Positions 12,685 through 27,941 are shown, numbered from the stretch's first letter. The stretch is DNA of 64,000 bases from Eledone cirrhosa (GCA_964016885.1 OZ024741.1:218550001-218614000), one strand, 5' to 3'. Program-made: numbers and translations. Notes: generated by a model from the letters alone, not told the origin.

Positions 12685-15600
12685 CTACAGGCTGATATAG
12701 AGAGAAGGCCCATTCACTCGGGCCATTCTCGCCACTTTCACCCACCTTTCATAAAACTTGCTGGGGTACAGCACCTCTCTCTCCATCCTGATTCTCCTTC
12801 CAAAGTGGTATTTGAAAAAAAGAATCAGTTGTTGGCCGGAGAGAAAGGTGTCTGACCTCAGCCCTTTCAACCTTGTCCACCATACAACCTCTTTCGCCAT
12901 AGCTATCACACAAAGGAAAACCGCCTCTCTTTCGTTTTTGAAGGAGAGTGGCGGTTTGATCATGACAATGGACTCGGTGGTCAACTGGATTGGTCCCACC
13001 CGCGACAATAGTCGTTCTACATAGCCCCACAGGTCAGTGACGCCCGGGCAGTGTATGAATGCGTGCGCGACGGTTTCTTCGTCTCGCACGCACCTCGAAC
13101 AGATCTTTTTTGCAGGGTCCCTGCCCGGGCGCCCATGTCTGTAGAGCTTGTCTCGAACTGGTAGAGCTCCTCGGTAGCACTGCCAGGCCAGGGACTTTTG
13201 GAAGTTGTCCATCGGTCCCGGGCGGAAGGTCCAACCGAACTGACTGGCCAGTTCATCTTCCTCTACGCCTAGACTTTCACCGAGCGCGTCGTCGCACTTG
13301 CTGCGGATCAACCCTCTATAGAATAACGAAGTGGAGTCTCCACTGATCGCCGGGTCCGCCTGCCAGAGGGCTGTGAGGGCCTGAGCACATTCGATGTGCC
13401 AGTTGCTCATTTTCCTCGGTCTTTGCTTGACCCAGGACTGCAGCTCGGTGAGCGAGACGAGTCGTGGGAAGGCTCGCCTCACGTACGGGGCCCACACCGG
13501 TTGTCCGGTGAGGAATACGTAGAGATGCCGCAGCCTGAGCGCGTGTTTGCGCATCGTCAACCACGGCATCCCCAGCCCTCCGTTAGAAGGGTGTTGGCAG
13601 CAGATAGATCTTCTCACCAAAGGAGCCCGCCTCTTCCAAAGGAATCGAAAGAGCGCGCGCTCCATTTTGGCGAGCGTTTTGGCTGGACAAGGCACGACGG
13701 TCAAGCGGTAGTAGATGGCGGACGCTATAAAAGTGTTCGCCACCTCCGCTCGACCTTTCAAGGATAGTTTGCACTCGGCCCACTTCTGGGTGAGTGCAAA
13801 CACGTTGGCCGTCACTTCGTTCCAGTTCTTCTCCACCTGGAGGTCCGGACCAAACCAGACCCCGAGCAGCTTTACCGGTCCTTCCGTCCAGCGTCCGACG
13901 ACGCCATCGGAAGGCATCGGTTTGCCTCTCCACGATCCGAGTTGCAAACCGATGGACTTGTCCCGGTTCAGCTTCGCTCCTGTGACACTTTCGTATTCCT
14001 TCAGTAAGGTGCCGACTTCCTCGATTTGCGAGGCGCTCGACACCATTACTGTCACGTCGTCGGCGTAGGCCGACGCCGCTTTCCGCAGTCCCGGTTCCAG
14101 AGGGATGCCCTGCAATAGCTCCAACTTCCGCAGTAGTGGCTCGAGAGTCAGTACGTACAGAAGGGAGGAGAGAGGGCATCCCTGTCGAATGGATCGCGTA
14201 ATATGGAACGGCTCCGAGAGGTAGCCGTTCACCTTGACCCTTGAGCAGACGTTGCTGTTGTGCATTGCAGCAATCCAGCCCCTGAACACGGGTCCGAAGC
14301 CTGCCGCCTCGAGCACCGCATCCAGGTAACGATGGTCAACCCTATCGAAAGCCTTAGACTGATCCAAGTTGATCAAGGCCCCACCGAAGCCGGGTTTACA
14401 CCCTACCCTCTCTATGATGTATCGCATGAGGTGGAGGTTGTCGTGTATGAACCTGGTCAGGATTGCGCATGTCTGCGCTTCTCCCACCAGGTTCTCGACG
14501 ACAAGCGCCAGCCTCTTTGCCAACACCTTGGCCAAAATCTGTAACTCTGTGTTTAGCAGAGTTATGGGCCGGAAGTTGCCTATGTCATCCCCCTTATTCT
14601 CGTCCTTCCTGATTAGTGTGACCACGCCCCCGGTTACAGAACTGGGAATTCTCCCGTTCTGCTGCCAGTTGCAGTCGACCGCTTCCAGGAGACCGGAGAA
14701 TAAGTCCGGCATTGCTACGTAAAATTCGTAGGGTAGACCGTCGAGACCTGGAGATTTGCGTTTGCCGCATTGGCTCAGCGCGTCCCCTATCTCAGCGGCT
14801 GAAATCGGCTTTTCGCAGAACTTTGCCTCGCTGTTCGAGAGTCGCGGTAGGCCGTCGAGGTATGGACCGAAATCCATAGCCTCTCCCGGCGCGCCGCCCC
14901 TCCCGAACAGCTGAGCAAAGTTCCGCTGAAAAGCCGCACACATCTGCTTCGGCTCACGTATCACGCGTCCGTTTTGGTCCTTCAAAGACCGAATCGTGAA
15001 CTTGTTGCCACTTTTTGCCTCCGTCACTCGGGCCCAGCTAACAGCTTTGACTCCCTCGTTTCCCAGAGCACGTATTTTGCTTCTGACAACGCAGCCCTCG
15101 TGCTTTGCGTCGAAGAACTGGTCCAAGGCCGTTCTCGTTGCTAGCACGCTGGCTACGTTGCCACTTCTAATTGCCTCTTCTACTTTATCTACCAGTTCCT
15201 TCTCGGTTCTATTTCTATCTAACGCTAATTCTTTACTAAAAACTATCGAGTCTAATCTAACTGCCCTCTTGAGAGAGTACCACCATATGTTGTTGACAAT
15301 GGCCCTTGTCAAGTGCTGTTTAACTAAAGTGCTAATCCGTCTACTGTAGGCTTTGCTTGTCGGTAACGACAAGTTCAGCTTCCAGTAGTCGGGTCCTTGT
15401 CTATGGGTTCTATCAAGGTTGGCCATGCAGGTCACTAGTTTGTGATCTGAATAGGCAACCATGAACATTTGTGGACAGCTTAACATGTCCCTATCCTTAT
15501 TTCTAACTAGAACCCTATCTAGGTACGATCTAGATGTTCCGCTACGATTACTCCACGTCCACAGTGGCGCAATCGGAAAATCTAGTCGATATCTATCGGC

Positions 15601-16122
15601 CAGGTCAAATCGGTCGATTAACTGTTTGAGGCTGTTACACCCCCCTTCATCGGGACATGCTCCCACATAGTCCCAACATGCATCTAGGATTCCATTCCAG
15701 TCCCCCACTAAAAGCAAGGAGCGGGACGTTCCCAGAAAAGTCTCTAGACGTTTGAAGAAGTCTGGCCGCGGTGTCCCGGATGGGGCATATGCGGCCACCA
15801 GCCTGAAGGCTCCACCTTCACTACCGTCAACGTCTAGGACCACCAGTCGACCCTCCGGGTCCAGATGTACCGTCTGTGTTACGAGGCCCAGGTGTTTCCG
15901 CAGCAAAACGGCAACTCCGCCCCCACCCCCCGGTTGACAGAGAGATGCGTAGATCTCAAAGTCATCGAAGATGGGGGCCAGCTGTCGCTCGCTGTGGATC
16001 CTGGACTCGCAAATGGCTACCACATCCATACTGTGCGACCTGAGGTCGTTTAAGAGGTTGCCCTGTTTCCAGGGCATCCCCAGGCCGCGTACGTTCACAC
16101 ATCCAACTCTTATATTGGCCAT
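12685..16122 (-). CDS. Tx1-like ORF2: AP endonuclease, reverse transcriptase and C-terminal cysteine-rich domain (1145 aa, uninterrupted)
   Basis: NVRGL, GDWN, SYLDRV, SDHK, KSPGLDG, FRPITLLN, DQSKAFDRV, RQGCPLS, AYADD, CSRC..ETVAHAFIHC. Confidence 0.95.
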   Translation of the reverse strand: MANIRVGCVNVRGLGMPWKQGNLLNDLRSHSMDVVAICESRIHSERQLAPIFDDFEIYASLCQPGGGGGVAVLLRKHLGLVTQTVHLDPEGRLVVLDVDGSEGGAFRLVAAYAPSGTPRPDFFKRLETFLGTSRSLLLVGDWNGILDACWDYVGACPDEGGCNSLKQLIDRFDLADRYRLDFPIAPLWTWSNRSGTSRSYLDRVLVRNKDRDMLSCPQMFMVAYSDHKLVTCMANLDRTHRQGPDYWKLNLSLPTSKAYSRRISTLVKQHLTRAIVNNIWWYSLKRAVRLDSIVFSKELALDRNRTEKELVDKVEEAIRSGNVASVLATRTALDQFFDAKHEGCVVRSKIRALGNEGVKAVSWARVTEAKSGNKFTIRSLKDQNGRVIREPKQMCAAFQRNFAQLFGRGGAPGEAMDFGPYLDGLPRLSNSEAKFCEKPISAAEIGDALSQCGKRKSPGLDGLPYEFYVAMPDLFSGLLEAVDCNWQQNGRIPSSVTGGVVTLIRKDENKGDDIGNFRPITLLNTELQILAKVLAKRLALVVENLVGEAQTCAILTRFIHDNLHLMRYIIERVGCKPGFGGALINLDQSKAFDRVDHRYLDAVLEAAGFGPVFRGWIAAMHNSNVCSRVKVNGYLSEPFHITRSIRQGCPLSSLLYVLTLEPLLRKLELLQGIPLEPGLRKAASAYADDVTVMVSSASQIEEVGTLLKEYESVTGAKLNRDKSIGLQLGSWRGKPMPSDGVVGRWTEGPVKLLGVWFGPDLQVEKNWNEVTANVFALTQKWAECKLSLKGRAEVANTFIASAIYYRLTVVPCPAKTLAKMERALFRFLWKRRAPLVRRSICCQHPSNGGLGMPWLTMRKHALRLRHLYVFLTGQPVWAPYVRRAFPRLVSLTELQSWVKQRPRKMSNWHIECAQALTALWQADPAISGDSTSLFYRGLIRSKCDDALGESLGVEEDELASQFGWTFRPGPMDNFQKSLAWQCYRGALPVRDKLYRHGRPGRDPAKKICSRCVRDEETVAHAFIHCPGVTDLWGYVERLLSRVGPIQLTTESIVMIKPPLSFKNEREAVFLCVIAMAKEVVWWTRLKGLRSDTFLSGQQLILFFKYHFGRRIRMEREVLYPSKFYERWVKVARMARVNGPSLYISL

Positions 16123-16155
16123 GTTGGTGGTGAAAAGTTAAAAGAGGAAAAGAGG

Positions 16156-18064
16156 TCACTCAGCCTTCGTCTCCTGGGGACCAGGCCGCACGATTTCCAT
16201 GGGGGTGTTGGAGGGGTTGTCTGGATGGGTGGTGGTTTCTGGCGGGGTGGGGACGCAGATGTTTGGTGGGGTGGGGTCTCGTGGGATGGGGGTGTCTGGG
16301 GTGGGGAGACATTTGAGAAGGACGCGGTTGAGTGGTTTCACGCAGGAATTCCCCACATCCTTCTCAAATGTTTCTTTTAGGGACCTATAAGTTTGTATAG
16401 GGACCCTAATCAGTTTTAGGTTCAGTTTTTTGCTATTTTTAATAGAGTGGGCGAAAGTTTTCCCTTCGGTTTTCACCGAAGGGTCGTTCGTGATGGTCTC
16501 CGTTAGTGTTTTGTTTTCAGTGTTTATGTAAGTGTAAGTGTAATTTTCTTGTGTTGTGTTTGTTTTTGTCTGTAGTTCTTGTGTGTGCTTTCGTTTTGTT
16601 GTAGGTATTTTGTTTTCAGGAGGTGGGGTTTTGTTTGTGATGTTTTTGTTGTTTGTGTTGGTGGTTGTATGTTTGTGGTAGTGTTTGCTGGTTTTTTGCT
16701 TTTGTGATGTCTTTTCTTTCTTTTCGAGCGATGGGGTTCTCCCTCGTCTTCACTGGGTGATGGCGAGATAGCCTCATCTGTTGTATCGTCTGTGTGATTG
16801 GGGAGGGGTATGTCTTGGGGAGCTGTTGTGTCTGTATGTGATTTTGCAGTGGTTTTAGGTGGAGTGGGGTTGGGTGGGACTGTGTTTGTTGTGGTTATTT
16901 TTGTGTGTTGGTGTTGTTGTTGTTATGGTGGTGTTGGTGGTTGTGTTGTTTTGATGGGTGTCAGCAGAAGAGCCTTTTTTTATTCATTAATTTAGGACAG
17001 GAAGCCCTCAGGTGACCCCTGCTAAAGCAATGGTAACATGAAGGCCGCCTACCCTCAACCGAAAAGTTTATGTAGGTGAGTCCGTCCAGGAGTACACGTT
17101 GTGGGATCATAGCTATTCGCTCTGGGCTCATTTGCACCAGAACTTTAATGCTAGTCCCATTGAATACATCTCTGGGGGACTTTCCTACTGACAGTATTCT
17201 GTCTTCATCAAAATTGATGAAGCCGCACAGTATCCACCATATGTTCACCTTTGGTGTGACACTCGTGATTCTGATCTTTTGTGTCCTTTTTCCCATGTAT
17301 GTAGGGAAAAAGGTGTACAGGTTGGATACAATTGGCGACACAGAGTAATTTTGGGCCGTCAATTGATCCTTCATGAGTACCGAAATACTCCCAAAAAGTT
17401 TGCTTCTTTGAATGAATGCAATATCATTCATTGAAATTTTGAAAACCAGTTCAATTTCTTTCTGTGACAATTGGACTGGTTTTCGGGTAGAATTGGAAAC
17501 TGTCCTAAAAACTATCGTTTTGAGAGCAGTTTCCTTGCGAATTTCTACCGGAGAATTGATACTGAAAGCACCATTTTTTTCGAAAGTGACATATCTCCTA
17601 GCGTCCTTTAAAAGTTGTTCAGCATTTGTTATGTCGAGATATATCAGTTCCTCCTTTTTTTGAACTGTCTCTGCAACGGAGATTTTTGGTTTCTTTGTGG
17701 AATTATCCGTGTTGTCATTATTGTTGTTATTGTTGTTGTTATTCTTGTTGTCACCGATGTTGATATTATTCGTATTTTCCTTGGCGTTGTTGTTGTCTTT
17801 GATGCTGGTGTTATTGGTGTTGCCTTTATTTTTTTCTTTGTTGTTGTTATCATTGTTGTTTTTATCATCATTATTGGTGTTGCTGTTATTTTTGTTGTCA
17901 TTGAACTGTTTGGTGTCATTTGTGTTGTTTGGATATGAATTTGTTTTTGCATTTTCATTTCGTCTTTCCATCTCTATAGTATCTAGTGAAGAAGACGATG
18001 TTGACTGCGAGCTTTGTAGTCTTACCGCCTCTCCACCACCATTATCGTTGGACGCAGCGTTCAT
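16156..18064 (-). pseudogene. Tx1-like ORF1 (gag-like), broken after the zinc knuckle
   Basis: 367-aa ORF 16961-18064 with Asn-rich N-terminus and CYHCFSRGHLRASC. Likely C-terminus in ORF 16156-16476. Confidence 0.8.
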
Positions 18065-18243
18065 AACGTAATCAAACTTTTACAATATCTTTTCCAAGAA
18101 AATGAGTTGACCCACCACCTGAAGGTCCAGACGGGTGGTCAAGTTACAGAATAATATAAAATTTAACTGAAAACTCACGTTTTTTTCTTACATAAATTAA
18201 CGGAAACTTCTCCGCGAAGTTACACACGTCTGATAGAGAGGGT

Positions 18244-18795
18244 GATAGATAGATTTCTTTATTAGCCACAAGGGCGCAACAAGAAAGGGGACAATACAAA
18301 GACATGCCGGGGATTTTACATACAGTCGTGTAAAAAATATAAAAACAAACAATTTCAACAATCGAAATCCCCAATAGGGGGGAGGCGCCACAAATGGGTT
18401 GTTTAATACCCCGTCGATAGAACAACCCTCAACTCGAGGAGCGTGTTGTGCAAGTGCTCCTTTCTTCCTTTTGCTCTCTTCCTCAACCTACAGGATTATA
18501 AACAGAGAAGGCCCAATCACTCGGGCCATTTTCGCTTTATTCACCCACCTTTCAGTAAATTTACTGGGGTGCAGTGCCTCTCTCTCCACCCTGATTCTCC
18601 TTCTAAAGTGATACTTAAAGAAGGGAATCAATTGTTGTCCGGAGAGAAAGGCATCTGTCCTCAGTCCTCTCAACCTCGTCCACCATATAACTTCTTTCAC
18701 CATAGCCACCGTACAGAGGAAAACCGCCTCTCTTTCGTTTTTGAAAGAGTCTGGCGGTTTGATCCTTACTATGGACTCGGCAGTCAACTGTATAC
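18244..18795 (-). mobile_element. Fifth, 5'-truncated Tx1-like copy
   Basis: ORF 18488-18787 is highly similar to the ORF2 C-terminus. Same 3' UTR type and TATC tail. Confidence 0.9.
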
Positions 18796-18829
18796 TGACT
18801 GATAGATCAATGATAGCGTGTTAATGTGA

Positions 18830-19055
18830 TTGTCTGTGTAGTGTATCTGTTCTGTGTGTATGTATGTGTGTATTCTATGTATATGTGTACAGTGTGTATG
18901 TGTGTATATGTGCGTTTGTGCGTATGTGTGTGTACATGTGTATGTGATGTGTATATATATGTGAATATGTATGCGTGTATGTGATGTGTGTATGTGTGTT
19001 TGTGCGTGTGTACATGTGTATGTGATGTGTGTAAGTATGCGTGTATGTGTGTGTA

Positions 19056-19088
<33 letters not shown>

Positions 19089-19860
19089 GATGTGTCTGTG
19101 TATATATATATATATATGTATATATATATTGTGTATGTGTGTGTATATATATATGTGTATGTCTGTGTGTGTCTGTGTGTGTCTCTGTGTGTCTCTGTGT
19201 GTATATGTGTGTATATGTGTGTCTCTGTGTGTATATGTGTGTGTCTGTGTGTGTGTGTCTATGTGTATATGTGTATGTGTGTCTATATGTCTGTGTGTGT
19301 GTGTGTGTCTCTGTGTGTGTGTCTATGTGTATATGTGTATGTGTGTCTATGTCTGTGTGTGTGTCTATGTCTGTGTGTATGTGTGTCTATGTCTGTGTGT
19401 ATGTGTGTATGTGTGTGTGTGTATGTGTGTCTCTGTGTGTCTATGTATATGTGTGTATGTGTATGTGTGTCTATGTGTCTATGTCTGTGTGTGTGTGTCT
19501 CTGTGTGTGTGTGTCTATGTGTCTGTGTATGTGTGTCTATGTCTGTGTGTGTGTGTGTGTGTCTATGTGTATATGTGTATGTGTGTCTATGTCTGTGTGT
19601 GTGTGTCTCTGTGTGTGTGTCTATGTGTATATGTGTATGTGTGTCTATGTGTCTATGTCTGTGTGTGTGTTTGTGTGTGTGTGTGTCTATGTGTATATGT
19701 GTATATGTGTATGTGTGTCTATGTCTGTGTGTGTGTCTATGTCTGTGTGTATGTGTGTCTATGTCTGTGTGTGTGTGTGTGTGTGTGTATGTGTGTGTGT
19801 GTATGTGTGTCTCTGTGTGTCTATGTATATGTGTGTATGTGTATGTGTGTCTCTGCCTGT
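18830..19860. repeat. (TG)n-rich compound microsatellite
   Basis: Directly visible. Confidence 0.95.
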
Positions 19861-20235
19861 GTGCCATCCAAGGCCGTTTGTTTTTTCTGCTATAATGTGA
19901 CTCTTCTCTCTTATATAATTAGAAGTGAGAGAGGTATGTCAACGGATATTACAGATAATGACATTATCTATTGAGACGGTACGGGTTAATCTTGGCTAGA
20001 ATAGGACACCTCATATTCTCTAGTGTCTTCTACTGTGACAGCATCGTGTAACATTCTACACACACAGCCACCCAAACTCACTTCTAGAGATGCAAGTAGT
20101 ATATATATATGTAGGAGGTGAGTTTTATTGTAGAACAATAAAGCAATGCAGATATCGGATAAGTAGCACTCAACAGTTTATTGGACGGGAGTATATATAA
20201 GAAGAAATTAAAAGATGGTTAAAAAAGTTCCATAT

Positions 20236-20490
20236 ATTTTATTATGCGCATTTCAAAAACAAATATCATCCTGGGACGATATTTGCGTTCTCATCAGATA
20301 AAATAGGGAGACATGATATGAAGCTTAAAAAAAAAACACTTGTGAGCAAGGTAGTTCTAATATATGTTGATTAGACACTACCTTGCTCACAAGTGTTTTT
20401 AGGCCTCATATCATGTTATCTTATTTTATCTGATGAGAACACAATTTTTGTCCCAGGATGATCTTGTTTTCGAAATGCGCATAATAAAAT
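20236..20490. ncRNA. Inverted pair of minimal hammerheads (20236-20304 minus, 20423-20490 plus)
   Basis: auuuuau-CUGAUGA-long stem II-GAAA-ugcgca-UA-auaaaau. 7-bp stem I, palindromic stem III. Confidence 0.85.
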
Positions 20491-20531
20491 ATATGGAACT
20501 TTTTTTAACCATCTTTTAATATCTTCTTTAT

Positions 20532-20563
<32 letters not shown>

Positions 20564-21119
20564 ATAGGAAAATGTTTAACCCCGACAGCAGAGCTCAAGC
20601 CGTTTCGTCGGCTATTTCTGGTGCGTTATGGTCCATCTAGTTCATTATCACACTTCCTTCGTTATATATATGTGTGTGTGAGTGTGTCCAGATTGTATGT
20701 ACTGCAAAGGAATCCATTAGACCCTGCCGTATGGGATACTTGTGGATAGAAATGTATGTAGGATGTACGGCAGGGCCTAATGGATTCCTTTGCAGTACAT
20801 ACAATCTGGATACACTCACACACACCTTGGTGTTATGACAATACTATACATCATTTCACCTCTTTTATTATTGAACATTCACGTGACTTCTACCGACCAA
20901 TCAAAATTATAGTGCTTATTCACGTGACATTCAATAACCAACCAAATCACGAACGCTCTATCTCAAAATTACTTTTGAAAAGCATTTGAAATGCGCAACC
21001 GGTAAAAAACTTAAAACTAACACTGAATACTAACCAATACTTATTACTAATTTATACTTATTCCTAATTAAACTATTTTTCACTGGAAAAAATCTGTCAG
21101 CATTTTCTTTTCCTTTTTA

Positions 21120-21157
<38 letters not shown>

Positions 21158-21423
21158 CATTTATCGGTTTGTATTTCTTTTCTTGATTTATTCTTTTAAA
21201 TTGAGTCTGACAAACCCTATTGTTCATAGTTAGTATTTTTTTCACCTTACCGAACTTGGTCCCTTACGATTTGAACGCATGTATATATCTGTGTTTATCT
21301 CTCTTTTATATTCAATTGTATTGCACGGCCCGGAAAAGTCTCTTTCCTTGAGCTATTTATGTGTGAGGGCCTCTTTTGAGTTTCTAACTCAATATATACC
21401 TTTCATATATATATATATATAAC

Positions 21424-21800
21424 GTTTATCGTTTTCGGTACCCCGGCCGATTAACTCACTCGATATGCAAATTAGGCTGCTCAGCCGTTAATATGCATAA
21501 AGAAAGTATATACTTTCAGATGTTCAACCATCTGGCAGGAAGGTATACGTTGCTGACGATAGCTAATAAGCTTGAAACTAGTACAGCGTTCCTTTGTCAG
21601 TGTTGAACAAATGAGCAACGATGGTTGCTAGACACTACGGCTTAATACGGGATGTTTGTTTACAAACACACCGAGCATTATAATAAATGTTCGGTGAATC
21701 CATACGTACATATATATATGTGTGCATGTATGTATATATATATATGCGTGTGTGTACACACTACTGTACGTCTGTATATTTGTATGTATGTACGTATACA
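21424..21800 (+). mobile_element. PLE 3'-end fragment with hammerhead at 21548-21588
   Basis: guug-CUGACGA-u-agcu aaua agcu-u-GAAA-cuag-UA-cagc. Same family at 26098-26790 and 46170-46840. Confidence 0.85.
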
Positions 21801-21861
21801 CACTTATATATATACATATAAATATATGGATATGTATACATATGTTCATATACACCCACCC

Positions 21862-21923
<62 letters not shown>

Positions 21924-21991
21924 TATATATGTATGTATATATCACCCCCCCCACCCCCCACACACACACACACACATATATGTATGTATAT

Positions 21992-22460
21992 ATCATCATC
22001 ATCGTTTAGCGTCCATTTTCCAAGCTAGCATTGGTTAGTTGTCCTATTAGAGACAGGCCGGATCAGGTGACCTTCTCTTGATCATACAGAACTGTTTCTG
22101 TTTACGTTTCTATGGCTGGATGACTTTCCTAACGCCAACATTTACAGTGTGTGCTGGGTGCTTTTTGTCGTGACTCAAAAACAACCACTTTACAGTGTGG
22201 ACTAGGTGTTTTTTATCGTGACACCTACATGATCACTTTACAGTGTGTGCTGGGTGCTTTTTGTCGTGACTCCAAAGCAACCACTTTACAGTGTGGACTA
22301 TGTGTTTTTTATCGTGACACCTACATGATCACTTTACAGTGTGTGCTGGGTGCTTTTTGTCGTGACTCCAACACAACCACTTTACAGTGTGGACTAGGTG
22401 CTTTTTTGTCATGACACCTACACAACTACTTTACAGTGTAGACTGGTTGCTTTTTGTCGT
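21992..22460 (-). mobile_element. SINE 3' part with an internal 48-bp segment amplified about 7 times
   Basis: (CAT)n tail, then units starting tttacagtgt at 48-bp spacing from 22141. Confidence 0.8.
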
Positions 22461-22825
22461 ATATATGTAGTCTATTCACTTTTAAGGGGAACTTGAAACA
22501 CACGAATTCGCTTAAACACCTCTTGAAAATATATTAAATGTTCAACAAACAGGGGTACAAAAAGTCTTATTAGTTTCACACTTTATATTGGAAAGAGGAA
22601 TGAAATTTTGACGTATCGGACTTAAACCCTTCTTTAGGAGTACAACATAGAGACAGGATCACAATTGAGAAACAAAAAAGTGGTCCGAGTAAAGACAAAA
22701 GTAATCGAAAATGAAGAATGAAAACCGTTCCGTAGTCTTGGTAACGAGTTGGAACGCAAAACATGGAGTGTGTGTGTATTAGTTTCGTTATATGTGTGAG
22801 TATAAGTGTATCATCATCATCATCA

Positions 22826-23570
22826 TTTTACGTCCGCTTTTTCCTGCTTGCAAGGGTGGGATGGGTCCTATTCAGCATCTCTCCAGTTGTCACGGTCCTT
22901 CGTCATCTCCTCTGTGAGCTTCAGTGATCTGAGGTCTGCTTTCACCACCTCCGCCCATATTTTTCGTGGTCTTCCTCTACTGCGTCTTCCTTCTACTGGA
23001 AATTCTTGGCACTTCTTTACTCAGCGGTCATCCTCCATGCGCATCACATGTCCATACCATCGCAGTCTCCTCTCCCCCACACTACAACTTATCCCTCTTA
23101 TACCCAGTTTCTTTCTCAACTCATCCATGCTTGGTCGTTCACTCACATTGACATTGCACATCCAACGGAGCATGCTTGCTTCATTTCTCTCCAGCCGTCG
23201 CATATCCTCTGCAGTTACTGTCCATGTCTCACTACCATGCAGCATTGCGCATCTCACACAGGCATCATATAACCGTCCTTTCGTACGCAGGGAGAACCCC
23301 TTCTTTGTCAATAGAGGAAGCAGCTCCTTAAACTTCTTCCAACTCGTCCTTATTCTAGATGCTATGGCCTAGGAGCACCCTCCTTCCTTGTTAATCTGAT
23401 CACCTAGGTATCGGAAGCTATCAACCACCTCTATAGGTCCTACCCTCATTTGAAAAATGTGTCTATCACTGCGACTTTTGACTTCTACTGTCAAATTTCC
23501 CTGTACATCTACTGCATACGTAGTTTTCCCTACCTGTTAGTTTGCCTGCTATCTCACTACATCTCTTGTG
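22826..23570 (-). mobile_element. RTE-clade LINE 3' fragment
   Basis: [27 protein letters not shown]; (ATG)n tail; matches 61693-63105. Confidence 0.9.
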
Positions 23571-23687
23571 TATATATATACATATATATAATATAGAAAA
23601 GCTTCTACAGGACTAGAACTGTTTTATTCGTGAGAAATCATCAGGAAGTGGTGGTTACCCCCGATTGAACCCTTGATAAACTTATAC

Positions 23688-23767
<80 letters not shown>

Positions 23768-24001
23768 GATATTCCTTTAGAAAGTATATGAATCCCCAAA
23801 TGCAGAAAATATCTGGAAGTCAATTACTATAAATAATCTGGTAAAATACCCGTATGTACATTTAAGCTGTTATTTATAGCAAGTCATTGTTGTTATGGTT
23901 ATTTTCTGCGTTCGGGATTACTACATTTCCTAAAATATGTTCAAATTACCCAACACTTCAATAGTTTGTATAGAATATATATATATATGTATATGTATAT
24001 A

Positions 24002-24045
<44 letters not shown>

Positions 24046-24109
24046 TTAAAGTTTAAGCAAAGAATCGCTGCTTTCACCCATATATATATATGCGTCTCTC
24101 TCTCTCTCT

Positions 24110-24171
<62 letters not shown>

Positions 24172-24432
24172 CCTCTATATATATATATATATATACTCCC
24201 CAATCTGGCTGACTAAACATACACCTGCTTTTTCTACCAAAAATTCTTTTTCTGATTCTTCTTCTTCTCATTCTTTATCCTTCTATTTCATTTTTTATTT
24301 CTCAATCTATTTTCAGATGAAGGATTAGCATCTGAAACCTTAAGACTCTTTCCTAGTATGTCAAGCGTTAAACAAATATATTATCTACATTCTACTGTAT
24401 AGCTTGTGCTTCGTTATTTTCCGTTTTCTTTT

Positions 24433-24506
<74 letters not shown>

Positions 24507-24508
24507 TG

Positions 24509-24542
<34 letters not shown>

Positions 24543-24788
24543 TATACATAGGGAGTTATGTTTTGAAATGAAGCAATTACTTGTTTACAAACTATTACAT
24601 AATACACCAGCTGCGGGTAGAATCTTTACAGAAACTATCGTTATGTAATAAACTGTTGTAATACTGAAGTTTTCATCATGATCGCACTTTGAACTGATCG
24701 ATACGGAAGCAATTGTCATGTGTGAATAACGTTTGTATGTGATACAACCTCGAGACTTAGTTTCTACTTACCTATAAGTTTCTATACA

Positions 24789-24924
<136 letters not shown>

Positions 24925-24932
24925 TTATATAC

Positions 24933-24983
<51 letters not shown>

Positions 24984-25075
24984 GTGTGTGTGTGTGTGCG
25001 CGTGTGTGTTACTGCTAAAGTAAACAGAAATACCAACCAAACAGCAAAGTACAATGAAGAAAGTAATTAGTTAAA

Positions 25076-27592
<2,517 letters not shown>

Positions 27593-27822
27593 TAGAGTCC
27601 ATAACACCAATCAAACCCCTTTTATAGCTCTGACGAATCCTATGGTTACGTAAGGAAGAAACATTGTAAGCCAATAAAAATCTTTTGATGTTGTAGACGC
27701 TCTTGTGTTCTTTATCATATATATATATATATATATATACGTTATTCCGGGTTGAATCGGAGGTAACCACAGTAAGTAAGGTACTCAATACATAGCAGAG
27801 TATAAAAGTTTTAATATAGATG

Positions 27823-27927
27823 AGATTCTACAGGACTAGAACTGTTTCATTCATTAGAAATCATCAGGAATCTCTGAGATTCCTGATGATTTCTAATGAA
27901 TGAAACAGTTCTAGTCCTGTAGAATCT
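27823..27927. ncRNA. Head-to-head hammerhead pair (27823-27873 minus, 27877-27927 plus)
   Basis: agauuc-CUGAUGA-u-uuc uaau gaa-u-GAAA-cag..cug-UA-gaaucu. Relatives at ~23601-23647, 29331-29400, 61557-61608 and 63487-63537. Confidence 0.85.
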
Positions 27928-27941
27928 CATCTATATTAAAA

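Larger units (their letters stand above)
12436..18232 (-). mobile_element. Near full-length L1/Tx1-clade non-LTR retrotransposon
   Basis: 5' UTR, ORF1 with CCHC knuckle, ORF2 APE-RT-zf, 3' UTR with AATAAA and (TATC) tail. Confidence 0.95.

Noticed and set aside
22141-22460. CRISPR-like regular repeats
   Set aside because: No unique spacers, eukaryotic context, and derived from a SINE.
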